64,000 nucleotides of DNA. It comes from Azolla caroliniana (lineage: Eukaryota > Plantae > Polypodiophyta). The translations under genes and the position numbers were made by a program. Below, in pieces: positions 62,501 through 64,000 of the stretch. A model generated the notes under the pieces. The model was not told the DNA's origin, ran no database searches, and saw only the letters and a list, made by a program, of their open reading frames with translations. The stretch is from NCBI GenBank assembly GCA_043228905.1, contig JBHGNT010000023.1, positions 1-64,000 of the forward strand, written 5' to 3'. Each line of letters opens with the position of its first letter. Positions within the stretch are counted from its first letter, which is position 1.

Positions 62501-64000
62501 ATTAAAATGTTCATACCTAGCTCGTGTGATATCGGATTTTTGTGTTCAAACATGCGAATCGAAGCTAACTACGCTAGCTATGATACCGAATTAAAAAATC
62601 AAGATTTTGAAACTTAGGTCGAGAGACATGAACAAATTAGCAAATTTGAGGAGGGAGTGAACAAGAGCTAGTAGGTAAATTAAAATGTTCATACCTGGCT
62701 CGTGTGATATCGGATTTTTGTGTTCAAACATGCGAATCGAAGCTAACTACGCTAGCTATGATACAGAATTAAAAAAACAAGATTTTGAAACTCAGGTCGA
62801 GAGACATGAAGAAATTAGCAAATTTGAGGAGGGAGTGGACAAGAGGTAGTAGGTAAATTAAAATGTTCATACCTGGTTCGTCTGATATCGGATTTTTGTG
62901 TTCAAACTTGCGAATCGAAGCTAACTACGCTAGCTATGATACAGAATTAAAAAATCAAGATTTTGAAACTCAGGTTGAGAGACATGAAGAAATTAGCAAA
63001 TTTGAGGAGGGAGTGGACAAGAGCTAGTAGGTAAATTAAAATGTTCATACCTGGCTCGTGTGATATCGGATTTTAGTGTTCAAACATGCGAATCGAAGTT
63101 AATTACGCTAGCTATGATACAGAATTACAAAATCAAGATTTTCAAACTCAGGTCGAGAGACATGAAGAAATTAGCAAATTTGAGGAGGGAGTGGACAAGA
63201 GCTAGTAGGTAAATTAAAATGTTCATACCTGGCTCGTGTGATATCGGATTTTTGTGTTCAAACATGCGAATCAAAGCTAACTACGCTAGCTATGATACAC
63301 AATTAAAAATTCGAGATTTTGAAACTCAGGTCGAGAGACATGAACAAATTAGCAAATTTGAGGAGGGAGTGGACAAGAGCTAGTAGGTAAATTAAAATGT
63401 TCATACCTGGCTCGTGTGATATCGGATTTTTGTGTTGAAACATGTGAATCGAAGCTAACTACGCTAGCTATGATACACAATTAAATAATCAAGATTTTGA
63501 AACTCAGGTCGAGAGGCATGAAGAAATTAGCAAATTTGAGGAGGGAGTGGACAAGAGCTAGTAGGTAAATTAAATGTTCATACCTGGCTCGTGTGATATC
63601 GGATTTTTGTGTTCAAACATGCGAATCAAAGCTAACTACGCTAGCTATGATACACAATTAAAAAATCAAGATTTTGAAACTCAGGTCGAGAGGCATGAAG
63701 AAATTAGCAAATTTGAGGAGGGAGTGGACAAGAGCTAGTAGGTAAATTAAAATGTTCATACCTGGCTCGTGTGATATCGGATTTTTGTGTTGAAACATGT
63801 GAATCGAAGCTAACTACGCTAGCTATGATACACAATTAAAAAATCAAGATTTTGAAACTCAGGTCGAGAGGCATGAAGAAATTAGCAAATTTGAGGAGGG
63901 AGTGGACAAGAGCTAGTAGGTAAATTAAAATGTTCATACCTGGCTCGTGTGATATCGGATTTTTGTGTTCAAACATGCGAATCGAACCTAACTAAGCTAG
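50501..64000 (+). repeat. 178-bp satellite, homogeneous layer (~76 monomers) with higher-order repeats; continues beyond the window
   Basis: Near-identical monomers carrying gggagtggacaagagctagtaggtaaattaaaatg; period 178 (50581 to 50759). Confidence 0.98.

Noticed and set aside
50501-64000. CRISPR-like regular repeat
   Set aside because: Whole 178-bp units repeat with no unique spacers and no cas genes; eukaryotic context.
21964-64000. Identity with Arabidopsis CEN178
   Set aside because: Same length only; I recognise no shared sequence.

Overview
Gene-free eukaryotic heterochromatin that looks like the edge of a satellite centromere in a land plant. The TE types suggest a non-seed plant such as a bryophyte, which is inference. 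Positions 1-21.9 kb are nested, mostly decayed retroelements. A Ty3/gypsy element with an intact extra ~890-aa coiled-coil ORF is inserted into a Ty1/copia gag. A duplicated Penelope-like RT fragment and a diverged 189-bp relic of the satellite follow. A second copia is split by a tRNA-Trp-primed gypsy with a 4-bp TSD and tRNA-like A/B boxes in its LTRs. Positions 22-64 kb are mostly a 178-bp satellite in layers: a diverged + array, an inverted block with a solo LTR, an AT-rich spacer plus a 3'-amputated L1 LINE, a transitional array, then a homogeneous array with 3-, 4-, 7- and 16-mer higher-order duplications. I found no host genes, rRNA, functional tRNA or CRISPR arrays. All calls come from reading the sequence; no searches were run.
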